The notes under the pieces were generated by a model, which was not told the DNA's origin, ran no database searches, and saw only the letters and a program-made list of their open reading frames with translations. From the NCBI GenBank assembly GCA_951406725.2, contig OX597832.1, positions 32,364,001 through 32,428,000 on the forward strand: 64,000 nt of DNA, given 5' to 3'. The stretch comes from Octopus vulgaris. Its lineage: Eukaryota. Numbering within the stretch: position 1 is the stretch's first letter; each line of letters opens with the position of its first letter. This document shows positions 30,166 through 43,971 of the stretch, piece after piece. The position numbers and the translations under genes were made by a program.

Positions 30166-31744
30166 TCCGGTTACTATTTCTATCAGGACGAGAAACTGAT
30201 ATTATTGTTGTTGATTCATAGCATGGTGTGTCGTGGTACTGTTCTGTTACACTTTAGATAGAATCCATTCCTCAATGAGGTGCCTACGATTTGTTAAAGA
30301 TCTTCCACCGCAGGGAAATGAAATCTGGGAGAGGTAGGATAAGAAAGTTAAAAGAAGTTCGTGGCAAAATTCTAAGGCTTTAATTTTGGCAAAAGTGCTT
30401 CCTACTTTGGCTATTAATACTTCCTGTAAAAACGAGTTGTCGCATGGAACGATACACCATACGTGCAGTAAGAATTAACGAGAAACTACAGTGTCATCAT
30501 TTTATTCATGTCTCTTTAACACACACACACACACACACACACACAAAACTCACTCACTCACACACATACATGCACAACACACACTCACATACACATATAC
30601 ATACATTCACAAAAACAGCTACTTCAAATATAAAGCTGATATACCAAAATACGAAATACACACACGCACTCACAAACACACACACACACATACAGAAAAG
30701 ATTCGGGCATATCTTGCTTTCATATAGTCTCTGAGGAGATGAATTTTTTTCTCGGGGATGTGGGGTTCACTTGAGAGGTTATAGTGTAGATTTGGTTGTG
30801 ACGGAGAGGTCTTGTAGAGAAAGTTCCACTGATTAAATTCGGGGTTCCGTTATTGTTCTGAGTTTATTCATGCATGTAGAAGTTTAAGCTTTGACATTTA
30901 TATTTTCAAAGCAAAGTATTAAGTCCAATAAAACAAAAAAAATTCATTAAATTAGTGACACACGCACTGACCAAAACCACTCCCTCCGTCTAGCCACATC
31001 CATCTATAATTTGTACTTTCAAAATCTATTCAATATCCCTTTCAATTGAGGTAAAATTGTCTATGGGAAGCACTATAATAAAAATCCAAGACCTCAAGCC
31101 GACCCACGTAAATACACACACGTGTTTTTAAAATGTTATACGCTTGTGCAAATTCTAGAAAATAACAGAAACTCAAATTTAATCAATAAACAATACTCTG
31201 CACCTCTCATTTGAAACCTATCCTACAATATAATTACAATTCAACTTCACCTCTCACACACAGAAAGACTTGTAATCTCAACGGAGGATATATAAAGCTG
31301 AGATTAACCTTAATTCATCATGGTTCCGTGATGTCATAGGTGGTGGAAACATCGAAGTTACTATTAGTACTATTCATATTAATAGATTAATAATTTGTAC
31401 TTTAGAAATCTGTGGAGTATCTTTTTCCGATTAAAGTAAAACTGTTTTCTTTATAAGTTAACATAGTATAAAAAACATAAGCTTCCTGAATGGTAAGAAG
31501 CTTGCTTCCCTGTCAAAAGTTTCCTGAACCAATGCCTTTCAGAAATCGGTAGACGGAAACTGAAAGAAGTACGTTGTAAACATTCACAAATATATATTCA
31601 TACGTCTCACACATTTAGCGTTTCGGCAGGAGGGCATCATAAGATGATGGGATCAAATCGATAGGCTGAAAAAGTTCACGGCAGAGTCTAAGCCAGGCCA
31701 CGGTCCTTTGAATGAAAGAAGTACTTGACATACACAGATATGTA

Positions 31745-31782
<38 letters not shown>

Positions 31783-32514
31783 AGGGTGTGTGTGTAGAAA
31801 GTTGAAAAGTAACACATGAGTGACTATGTATAAGGAAACTTAGACGAGGAAGAAAATGCTTAAATAATTTATATCCTGAAGATTATTTTAGTACCAGTTT
31901 CAGTTTTTTTCGGCTTTTTCAACTTAGAATAAAGCAAGAAGAGCAATCACATTGTGGGAAAAAATAAAACGTTTTCTTTAAATATTTCATAGTCTTCAAA
32001 TAGTTATGACATTTTCCTTTTTTTCTGTCCTTCTCTCTTTTACTTTTGTGAAGGATCTGTAGGTAGTAGCAGATCTGGAAACAAAAAGTTATTATGAGAT
32101 ATGTTGGGTCTAGATTTTGATTGTTTAAGCAGCAGCAACCGAGGAAAGAAGCGGCAAAAAAGAAAGATAAAAAGAAAGAAAGATAGAAAAGAAGAAGAAA
32201 AAGACGAGAGTGGTATGACAGTAGTAGACTGATCATGGTATCGTCTTTAGTGGTCAAGTGACATAAAAGGGACATGTTGTGGTTGTAATAGTAGTGATTG
32301 GAATTGTTCTGAATAAATTCATGGATAGTGACTGCTCTGAATGTATCGTTTTTAATACTTGCGGGGGTCTTATTCTAAGGCCCTTGTAGTAATGTAATCT
32401 TCGGTGGAAGCATTTAAAAAGGATTTATATTTTGCGATAAAACATGATTCTTTGCTAATGCGATGATTATAGGTCGCATTTTCACTGAAATTATAGAGGG
32501 GAAAATTCTGAAGT

Positions 32515-32577
32515 TGGCCGTCGCTGTGTGGTAAGGATCTTGTTTCCCAACCACATGTTTCCAGGTTCAGTCCCACA
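32515..32577 (+). mobile_element. SINE family A head fragment
   Basis: GCTGTGTGGTAAG..CCCAACCACATGTTTCCAGGTTCAGTCCCAC. Confidence 0.8.
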
Positions 32578-32593
32578 TATACTTATAGATATC

Positions 32594-32735
<142 letters not shown>

Positions 32736-32869
32736 CAAATGTATGTATGTATATATACATAATGTAAGTATTAATAGTGAAATTATTAAAACTGAAGTTA
32801 TTATCTTACGTTACAATAGAGATCTTATTGTTCAACTTTTGACACGTAATTCTGAACTTGTGTAAGAGA

Positions 32870-33052
32870 TAAGAGATGGCTCCGGGCCCGCATTTGGGAC
32901 GACCATGAAAATTATTTTGCCCATGGACTTTAAGTAAGCCATGTTTAAAATTTGAATGAAATCGGTTGGGCACTTCTCGAATTATAGTGATGCACACATA
33001 CATACATACATACAGACATACAGACAGACAGACATTTTCATACATATGTATG

Positions 33053-33055
<3 letters not shown>
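32870..33055 (+). mobile_element. Possible non-autonomous Helitron-like 3' end
   Basis: AAAATTTGAATGAAATCGGTT..(CATA/CAGA)n..CATTTTCAT resembles, from memory, the 3' layout of non-autonomous Helitrons such as Lep1. No 5' end found. Confidence 0.4.
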
Positions 33056-33114
<59 letters not shown>

Positions 33115-33422
33115 TGTATGTATGTAGAAGCAAATCCATTATTTAGTCATATTAAATTTTTCTTCGGAAGTTTTCATACCGCATTTTTTATTTTCATACA
33201 TGTTGGGTGAGATCAATTAACAAAACCTTTAGGTACCCAGTGTATAAACTCATATATTCTGAGCACTACAATATACGACACACACAGCATTATTATATTC
33301 TGAAAACTGAAAGGAAAAAAATAATGTCCCAACGAAATTACCATGATAATCCCAAAAGATATATAAATATATTTATATATATATATGTGTGTGTGAGTGT
33401 GTGTGTGTATGTATATACGTAA

Positions 33423-33477
<55 letters not shown>

Positions 33478-34013
33478 CACATGTATGTATTCATGTATGT
33501 ATATTTATATGTATGTATGTTAAACGCTTTCGCAGGAACGTTGTTAGAATAGTTTATCCATCAGTGTTAGATGGAAGTAAATGCGATTATTGCCCCCTGG
33601 TCATATTGTCACCATTCCGAGAATTTACCTTTTTCTGCTATCGATATGTATCGTTCTGTAATCATTGGAAGAGAAAACCGATTCCATACCATTATATTTC
33701 CATGCAATTTTTTCATCCTTTCTTTCATTCATTCAGTAAGGTTCCATTTCAGTTCGCATACATCTCATTTTTTACGCCTTTATAAATGTTTTTTTTTTTT
33801 TATACATATAATTCCTACTTATTTCGTTTAGTCTTTTTTTTTAGCTCTTGGCTATTTCACTCGGAGCAGGTCTTTATCAGAAATTCCATTATTTAGCATG
33901 CGTACATATAGGCGCCCACACATACACATGTAAGTAGAAAATACATATACATACACAAATTCTTTTGGAGATGTAAACCATAAATGCATATATACATATA
34001 CATATACATATAC

Positions 34014-34066
<53 letters not shown>

Positions 34067-34120
34067 TAATACGTACTTGGATACATATATGCAAATCATA
34101 TGTGTGTCATTTATGCTTGT

Positions 34121-34162
<42 letters not shown>

Positions 34163-34185
34163 TTACATATATACATATAATATAC

Positions 34186-34227
<42 letters not shown>

Positions 34228-34462
34228 ATGTATGTATACATATATTAATGTACATATATGCCTGTCTAATATATTAATGCACTAAAATGCATAAATTCAA
34301 AGAAATACGCATAATTTATACACACACCATACGCAAATACACACAGAAAATCTACGTGTGTTTGTGTGTGTTCTTGTGTGTGTGCGCGCGTACGCGCGCG
34401 AATACATACATATATATACGTGTATTTTCTATCTATCTAATCATTCCTTTATATATTTATAA

Positions 34463-34507
<45 letters not shown>

Positions 34508-34874
34508 CGTGTGTATATATATATATATGCATCAGTCGACTTCTATCTCTCCTTTTCTCTCTGTATACATACATCCGCAGACAAACACACATATCCGTAC
34601 ATATACACATTTGCACGACTGAAATTGTTGGTAATTATTCAGAGAGCATAATTCTGCAAGTAACATAAGTGGACAAACCAGAAGAATGCATCCAATTTTG
34701 TGAAGCAGTGGAGCCTTTAATCTGAAGAACTCATGAGTTTTCTTACAGAATAGTATTTTCTCTATTCCTACATTATAATTTCGTATTTTTTTTTGCGATC
34801 CACATATTATAGTTGCTATATAATAGACATTTACCCTGAACTTAGCAGCGTTTTGTAGACACAGATGTCCAACA

Positions 34875-35568
34875 TATTGGGTTGACAACTACATTCCTGC
34901 CGTTGTTTTAATTTGGAAATTTATTAAGTTTTTAAATTGTGGAATCTATTTTTTTCGAGATTTCTATTTTTGAACCATTTTAGAATCTATTTTGTTTCTT
35001 TTTCCAAGTTAATTTTAGTAATTTTTTTATTTTATTTTCAGATCATTAAAATGGAATGTCAAGTTAAGAAAAACGAGCATTTTTGACACGTCCTTCTTTT
35101 TGCTTTTAATCAAGATTCTAAGGCCGTAAAAGATGCTCGCAACATTTGTATTGTGTATAGAGAGGGTGCCATAGCTGAAAGAAACGCTCGTGATTGATGT
35201 GCCAAGTTTAAAAATGGAAATTTTAACATCAAAGACGCACCTTGTTCTGACTATCCAGTTGAGTTACATGAAGAGCGATTAAACCAACTTTTGCACGAAA
35301 ATGCTCGTCAAACGACAAGGGAACTGGCAAAGAGAATGGAATACTCCCACACTGCTATAGAGAAGCATCTTCACTTGATGGCAACGGTTCAGAAGTATGG
35401 TGCATGGGTTCCGCACGTGGCATTGGAAATCATGTTGAACTTTGGGAAGAAGTTGTAAACAACAAAGGTGAAGACATGATTGATTAATAAGTTGTGATAT
35501 TTTTTTTTAAACCTTTTAAAAAATTTAAATTTAAAAAGAACGGCGGGAACTTAGTTGTCATCCCAATA
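34875..35568 (+). mobile_element. Internally deleted mariner transposon with both TIRs
   Basis: TATTGGGTTGACAACTACATTCCTGCCGTT matches the reverse complement of the right end at 26 of 30 positions, TA included. Transposase remnant from ATG 35051: MECQVKKNEHF*HVLLFAFNQ..KFKNGNF..RQTTRELA..IEKHLH..KYGAWVPH, joined directly to the C-terminal LWEEVVNNKGEDMID*. Confidence 0.95.
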
Positions 35569-35641
35569 GTTGGGAACGCGGCCATCCAGAGACTTTGGTT
35601 AGAAATACTGGATGATAATAACAATAATGATGATGATGATG

Positions 35642-35702
<61 letters not shown>

Positions 35703-35725
35703 TGATGATGATGCTGATGATGATG

Positions 35726-36220
35726 CATGTACATCGTTTTGTCTTGGTATAAAAGATGGGCTACAGAAAATATTCTGCTCAATACTACAGATTTGCTTGT
35801 CAGTTGTTTGACCTTAACCAGTTGAGCTTGTCCCTTAGTGGCTGACCATATATGCATCTCTGATCACGAGCAGAAGTAGGGGGGGATCATCATAGCCGTG
35901 TGTTAAGAGAGATTCTTTGGGGTTTGGATAATCCACACCTGGAAATATGAGTGTTTCTTTCAACAACCCTTATTCAGGGACCTTTTGAGCGGATGGGCTA
36001 CTCGACGAGAAGAAAATTTTAACTGAGCCCCACCTGCAAGGTCATGCACTGTTTATCTTGATAGGAGATCACCATGTCACGCACTTATGGTTGTGATGCA
36101 TTATCCTGGTGTAACCTTATTAAACGGGTACTCATGATGAATTTACTGGGCTTCGTATATTTTCCCCCAGTGTCACTTTGATGGCAAGCACTGCTCTCTC
36201 TCTCTCTCTCTCTCTCACTC
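35726..36220 (+). mobile_element. Copy 3 of the 550-bp element
   Basis: Collinear with about 11613-12102; preceded by a (TAA)/(TGA) array and followed by AATGATAATAAT. Confidence 0.9.
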
Positions 36221-36236
36221 AATGATAATAATGAGA

Positions 36237-36391
36237 ATAAATACTGGCTTCAAAGCTGAATGCCAGAAACATATTTTCGGCTATAAACACGTGCGCAGTC
36301 TCAGTAGTTCGTTATGGTGTTGGAATCCTGAAGTGGACAGAGGAGGAGCTAGAGCAGATGAACATGGGGTCAAGAAAGCTCCTAACAATGC

Positions 36392-36392
<1 letters not shown>
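36237..36392 (+). mobile_element. R4/Dong-type RT thumb fragment
   Basis: Translates IILASKLNARNIFSAINTCAVSVVRYGVGILKWTEEELEQMNMGSRKLLTMH. Confidence 0.88.
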
Positions 36393-36430
<38 letters not shown>

Positions 36431-36938
36431 GGAGGTGACAAATAACGCAAGGACAGTTTGATGTGATGTGTTCTCTGTCTCTCACACACTCTTATCTGGA
36501 GATGTCACCGAGGGTCATTTATTGGAGAACGATAGACATTTCACTTCCAGTTGTGAAATGCTTAAGATACGCCGTACGTGTAATCAACACAGCATACGGG
36601 TCTATGAAGGAGTCATAGCCCCATGACATAACAGGATATATTACACATGGGATTAATTTTATTCGGCGTGCGACTCCCACGTCTCTTATATTTCACTTAA
36701 TATATCGTTTTAAGTAACAGGGATTCATTTTTTAAATACGATAAATTATTAGTGAAGAGACATTTCGCTGATGATGCAGTTCTCTTACGTTGCCTCAGCT
36801 ATGAATAATTAGCTGAAATAAATTGATTAATTGAAACTGGAGATCGAAATCAACAAATAGAAACTGGACAACACTGTCATGTTAATCTAAGAAATCATTC
36901 AATCTTCTAAAAATTCATACATGGAAATTACATCGGCT

Positions 36939-37419
<481 letters not shown>

Positions 37420-37696
37420 CAAATGCGCAAACATCAACGGTTGTATAAATGCAATGAAATGTGTATATTCATAACGGCGGAAATCAATGCATTTTGTCAC
37501 TAATTACATTCCGTGCATTCTAGAAATTTGAAACGGGTAATACTATTTATGGAAAACTGCAGATGGAGGATTATAATTACAAAGAGACACAGACACTCAG
37601 AAAGAAGCACGTGCACGCACAAACACATACACGTACACACATATGTACATACATGCACACAGATGTGCATATGTATGTATACATACATACATACAT

Positions 37697-37727
<31 letters not shown>

Positions 37728-37728
37728 G

Positions 37729-37783
<55 letters not shown>

Positions 37784-37789
37784 CAGAGC

Positions 37790-38003
37790 GAACGATACAA
37801 ATTAGATGATATTGTTTCCGAATGCAGAATTGCCGTTAGAACAGTACGAATATTGGGTAAATTACCCTTACAAAGCCCAAAAAATTGTCAATGACTAGTT
37901 ACTGACAAATGTTTCCACTTTGTAAGGGTAACTTACCAAATATTTCTGGTCTTCTAACGGCAATTCTGCATAAGGGAATAATATCATCTAATTCATATCG
38001 TTC
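37790..38003. mobile_element. MITE-like fold-back element with arms of about 85 bp
   Basis: AATTAGATGATATT, ATGCAGAATTGCCGTTAGAA and TTACCCTTACAAAG each recur in reverse complement on the right arm; the short spacer has its own TTGTCA/TGACAA stem. Confidence 0.9.
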
Positions 38004-38764
38004 AATGCACATTTTGGGCGCTTAACAATACAAATGTTAATTTATTTATATTTACACACAAACACACACATGCACACTTATATGAAGGCGTCTCACAGAT
38101 GCTAAATACCTGACCAAAGAAGTAACGATTCCCTTACATCCATTCATATCAACAAAATGTCAGCCAGATCTCACCTTCCTAGAAGCTGTGACTTTGTTGC
38201 TAAAAGATTTTTACTGTTCCACTCGTGAGAAGGATTAATCGAAAAGGTTTATAAAACGCACAAAATAAGCAGATCGCATTCACATTTAAAAAGAAAAATA
38301 TGACGTAGAACATTATTGGCACATTAGGTTAGGAACCATAAATATTTGTGTAACCATGCCAGCCCGGTTATGAGATAGGGATGAAATGTAATAGTCTACT
38401 GCAGAGGTCACAAATATCCCAAAATATGATATTTCAGGAGGCATCACTGTTTCTGCTGAAGGCAGCTTTTGTGTTCGAGTAATTGATTCTTGTTTTTACT
38501 AATTATTGTAGAAACACTGCGCTGTATAACAACAGGTTTGTTAAAAGAGCTTGGAAATCAATTATACATCAACATAACCCATATGGTCCATCTTCAACAG
38601 ATTCAGCGCAATAACGACGTTTTGTAAAAATTGTATGGACATCATGGACATAACATGATGGAATCAAATGTGCTTAAAGCGCACGTATAAGACAGATGTC
38701 AAATTCACACAAAATACTGTGCGAAAGGGATATAAAATAACTTTAAATGATTGCCGCTATAGCT

Positions 38765-38968
38765 TTCTTTTGTCTTTATCTTTTAACTGTTTCAATCATT
38801 AGACTGGAGCCGTATTTGGGGACCAATATGACGGATTTGATTCGACCAAATCAACCCAGTGTCTTCTTTAAAATGGTTTCTTATAAAGAACCGCTAACCT
38901 ATGGAGGTGTAAATAGACCTACATCAGTTTTTAAGCGAACGGTGGTGGTGACTGTGACGACAAATACT

Positions 38969-38970
<2 letters not shown>
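38765..38970 (-). mobile_element. Degraded 3' half of SINE family A
   Basis: TCTTTTAACTGTTTCAATCATT, GAACCGCTAAC and ACAAATAC..(CA)n follow the reversed family A order. Confidence 0.65.
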
Positions 38971-39017
<47 letters not shown>

Positions 39018-41344
39018 GCGCGCACTCACACACACATGTCCACATTCACTCTCTCATATATTCACAAATCTCTGGTACTCTTTTGACCAAAAACTTTGAG
39101 TTGTTATTTCAGTAGAGACCATTTCTGAATCCTGCGAAGAACATAAATAAACTTCGAAGTGGAAATCTTCATAAAAGACTTCGGCAAACCAATACGTGCA
39201 TTCACGTTATTTGGAGGTGATTTATAATTTATAACGCGCCAATGAATTATTCAAATAGCACTGTTTGTCCATTCTTTTATCATGTTTCACATCGATCACG
39301 TGTTACACTTGTCAGGTGTTGAACAAAAATATAGCTGATAATTAAGGAAATGAACTGAAGTTGATAAATCGATTTCTGAATCCCGGAAGATTCCCCATCT
39401 GTCTTAAATTGCAGTCACGTGATCAAAACGTACAAAGCAGTCCAAAATTACAAGCCACATTAATTAATATTCTAACGAAGATGTTATTTTTCTATTTGCG
39501 TTCGAATTTAGTTTTATAGTTTGCACATTTTAATTTTCGTATTAATATGTCTTCTTAAAAAACTGCATATTAAATTCGTATTTAATTTAATAGCAACCTA
39601 TTTGCAAACTATTAGAGGATGCCAAGGGATTCAGTGATAGAATTTTCTGTAGTTTCCTCGTCGGATCTACGTTATTCTAATGGAGAAGACACGGGGTTTA
39701 GATTACATGTTGACATGTTTCTAAGCGTTAAAAGGTGAGAACGTTGTAATGTGTGCAAAGTCTGACAGGTTCGATGACAGAGTTCAAGTGAATACTCTCG
39801 CGGGTCCCAAGAATTAATTGATTTAAAATAAAGTTTTCCAAATTTCGTTATCTTAATAGAATAACAGAATATGGTTCTAGTAATGGTGGAAATGAAACTC
39901 ATTGCAAGACACATTTCTGGGAATGAAACAATAAATGAGAAATTAAGCTATAAAATATTTCATATGATAACTCGGTAACATAATGAAACCCATCATTCTC
40001 ATACAGGTACTGAACTTAGGCACGTGGAGATTAGAATTCTTTTTCTAACTTATTCGCTATTTCATCAGTTCCATTTAACCTGGATCTACACCTGAATGTT
40101 AAAATATATGCAACTTCGATATCAGCGAGGCCGAATCATTATTTGGTGTCTCTCAAATGAAGACACCAGCGATCTCACAAAATTGCTAATATGGTTGGCA
40201 AAATGCTCGGTAGTATTTCTTCTGGGGAGAAAATTCCGCCGAGGTAAACTTTGAAATCAACTAATAGCGACTTCTCGAAAAATGGCCAAAGTTTGGTATC
40301 GTGGTGTCATGAATTACCTGCAGAAAGAAAGTGTTTAACCCTCAAGAACACTCATGGCGACATGGTTGCTATAGTAAGGTGGCACTCCAGTTTTATCAAC
40401 AGTGCAAAAATTATCAGCTGAATTTGGGAGGCGAAAGGAGTGCCGATGGATGACAAGTGAAGATCGCAAGGGGGGGGGTATGTTGGAAAATGAACCTCAT
40501 TTGGTCACAGTACGTGAAAGTAACTTGTTTAGCCTGGGAACATTGTAGCTGACCCTCGTGTGTGTCTTTATATATCAATAACTGTATATAGTAGCAATAA
40601 CTGATTACTCTCCGGACTAAGATCCACCAAAATAAACTACCTGTATATCTAATCTTAAATACTAGGGCTTAGTATTCTGATGACAACGGAGACAATTACG
40701 ATGTCACTTCGGTGTACCGGTTATGCAGTTACCAACACAGTCGGGTATCGTATCCCAGAGTCAATATTATCACATTTTCTGGATCTTTTTTATTGTGGGT
40801 CTGTCTGCGCACATACTCACTCACACACACACACACGATTGCACATGCACACACGCAGGCAAAAAAAACACACGCAAACACACACACACATGTGTGGTCA
40901 TAACATGGGATCGAATATCATCTAGTAATATGCTCCATGATTATTGTTTAAAGTGTCTATGGAGTCAAGAACAGAGATCGACCCTCTTTTGTACGTAATG
41001 ATTAATACTACTCCAACTTCTATAGTAGTAGTAGCAGGAGTAGTAGTAGTAGTAGTAGTAGTGACAGTCTCCTTTAGTTCTGTATCCACGTCTATATTGC
41101 CTTCTGAATCCTTTGCTTCTTAAAGCCTTGAATGTGATTTCAAAGGAAATGTGGAAATGCTACTCCTGACCCTGTTAAAGCTACCCCTTGATGGGGTCAC
41201 ATATTATTAGTATTCATTAAGAAGAAAAAATCACGAAACAAAACTAAGAACTTTGCTATCCGAAATATCTACACCAATATTTTACAGATCACGTTTAAAT
41301 TTCCTTTTCACATTTCGCAATATTTTTTTTTTAACCGTCAGTAC

Positions 41345-41625
41345 AAGACTTGTTTCCATGGAGATGGTACCTTCGTACAATTTCATAAGATCTCCCGTTT
41401 CCGGTTCAGCAGGCGTGACTATAAATTCAATTTCAGTTAGGATTCCAATGCCTCACAATCGTGACAGGAGGAGGAGGAGGAGGGGGAGGAGAAACATATT
41501 GATTAGCATTTCGTTTTATATTCACCTATTTCTTTTTGGTTTTGTGTAATTTTTTTTATGTTTTGCCGCCATCTTTCTTTTCATGTCAACCGCCATGTCG
41601 AAAGCCTTCTCCCGCCTTCGGTTAT
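41345..41625 (-). promoter_or_regulatory. Candidate promoter or first-exon motif cluster
   Basis: Two YY1-like CCGCCAT sites (one GCCGCCATCTT), X-box-like GTTTCCATGGAGAT, ETS-like TTCCGG and E2F-like TCCCGCC in non-repetitive, locally CpG-richer DNA. Confidence 0.35.
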
Positions 41626-43275
41626 CTCTCTCTCTCTCTCTCTCTCTCCCTCCATCTTTCTCTCTCCGGCGTATGATCAGAGAATGGAAATAAATAAAAC
41701 ATCATTAAACAAAGTAAAACAGAATAATTATCAAATTACAATTCCACATATACACAGATAAATTCTTATACATACACATAACACATTTGTAGACAAACAC
41801 ACGCGCAAAACACTTGCATATCTGTATATGCGTGTGTATGTGTGTGTACGTGTGTATTTGTACAAAGGTGCGTACATATGTATATGCGCATACTCACACA
41901 CGTACACATACCCACTCACACACGTATAGGATTACACACGTGTGATAGAATACATAAATAACAAATTACAGTGGGCGATTTGCACTAAATGAACTCTTCG
42001 ACGCTAATCAGGTAAACCTACCAACCTACAGACATAAGCGTGCTTCCTCTCATACACGTTACAGACAGAAACATATGCCCGCTCACGTAAAAGAGATCGA
42101 CATCTATCTACATACATGTGTACATAATACAGAGCTTAAGGATATGCTTGCAAGCACGTATGTGTGTATTTTTCTGTGAGTTTGTGTTGTTGTGTATTTA
42201 TATTTATATATATGTCAGTATATATGTGTGTGTGTGAGTATGTGTGCGAATGTGTCTCTGCATCAACTAGCAAATATGGAAAGAGAATTGGGGTCGCAAT
42301 TTTACCTTCATTAGCTTACAGCTGTTTTCTGCCACATAACACAATACACTCCGATCTAAGCGCTTGTACAACGTCTCATAGCTTCTTCGGAGCAATTGCT
42401 ATTAAAATTATGCATTAATCTTTATGTAATATATGATTATACTTTCCCTCTCAGCTATCTGTATATAAAGCTCAAACATTTCATTCTTCTACATTTCTGG
42501 TTATTCTTCACTGGTATGAACCTTAATTTATCCAGAGTTCAGATAAATCAGTATCCATATCTTCATCGCTCTTTCATTTATTTATGTAATTAATGAATTT
42601 ATTTAAAGCCTTAAGCACACAACATATAAATATTGAGGTTAAGTTCCAATAGGGAACTTCAAACCCACGTCTGCCAAACACTGTACACTCATCTATGAAT
42701 AGAAGTACATCATTCGCCTTGTTTTATGCATACACTTATATATTTCGGTGATTCAGAAATGTTAAAGAGTAGTCGTTCTGAGTTCAATGTAATTAATCTT
42801 GTTTCCTCGCGTCTTAACAGCGGTATTTGACCCCTCGACCTCTCCTTCACTTGGTATGTTTGGATCTCGGTTACTTATACCCCACAACAAGGCATACTTC
42901 TTTACCACCCCATTAAAAGTAGACGATTCTCTTCACTTATTTTCTTGAATCGCTTGTTTTAAAAGCCGAAAGTAATTCGAACCCACGAAGGCTTAGTTCA
43001 GAGATATTATGATTTACAGCTGGATCTCACATGAAAAGTAGGTAAAGATACGTAAAAATTGAAACAACGCTGACTTTATGAGACGTAAAGAGCTTTGAGT
43101 TTAACTACAGATTACCCGATATGCATATGCACATACATACATACATACATATATACATACACCTATACGTATGTATAGATATACATATGTAGACACTTAT
43201 CATTAGTTAGATAAAAGGACACATGCAAGTAGGCATGTAAATATGTATGAAAACCAACATGTAAGGCCATATCCG

Positions 43276-43311
<36 letters not shown>

Positions 43312-43412
43312 GACACATATGCGTTTGTATTTGGATTTATATAAGTATGTACATATGATTGCATGCACACACGCGCATACACACACACATGCATATATAT
43401 ACATATATATAC

Positions 43413-43445
<33 letters not shown>

Positions 43446-43679
43446 CAGACAGACAGAGAAGAGATATTGAGAAACAATGATAGGATATTAAAATGATAGA
43501 TTGATCGATTCTTCGTAAATGAATGGACTTTACTTTAATAATTTCCTTTAGAAAATATGTGTGTGTGTGTATGTATCTGTGTGTGTGTATATATAAAATA
43601 TATCATTTATGTAATTCATGTACACGCTTTTTTTCAACACCTATCTATATACAAGCGCACACACACAGACATGCATGTT

Positions 43680-43971
<292 letters not shown>

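Noticed and set aside
30730-30770. CTGAGGA followed by a short stem
   Set aside because: No GAAA box and no closing helices.
36765-36850. CTGATGA followed by GAAA motifs
   Set aside because: I could not place helix II directly before a GAAA, nor helices I and III.
40030-40450. Possible CR1-like LINE remnant (LTLKNTHGDMV); similar RTE-like hints at 42800-42960 and 50880-51200
   Set aside because: Only one weak motif each, too little to call without an alignment.
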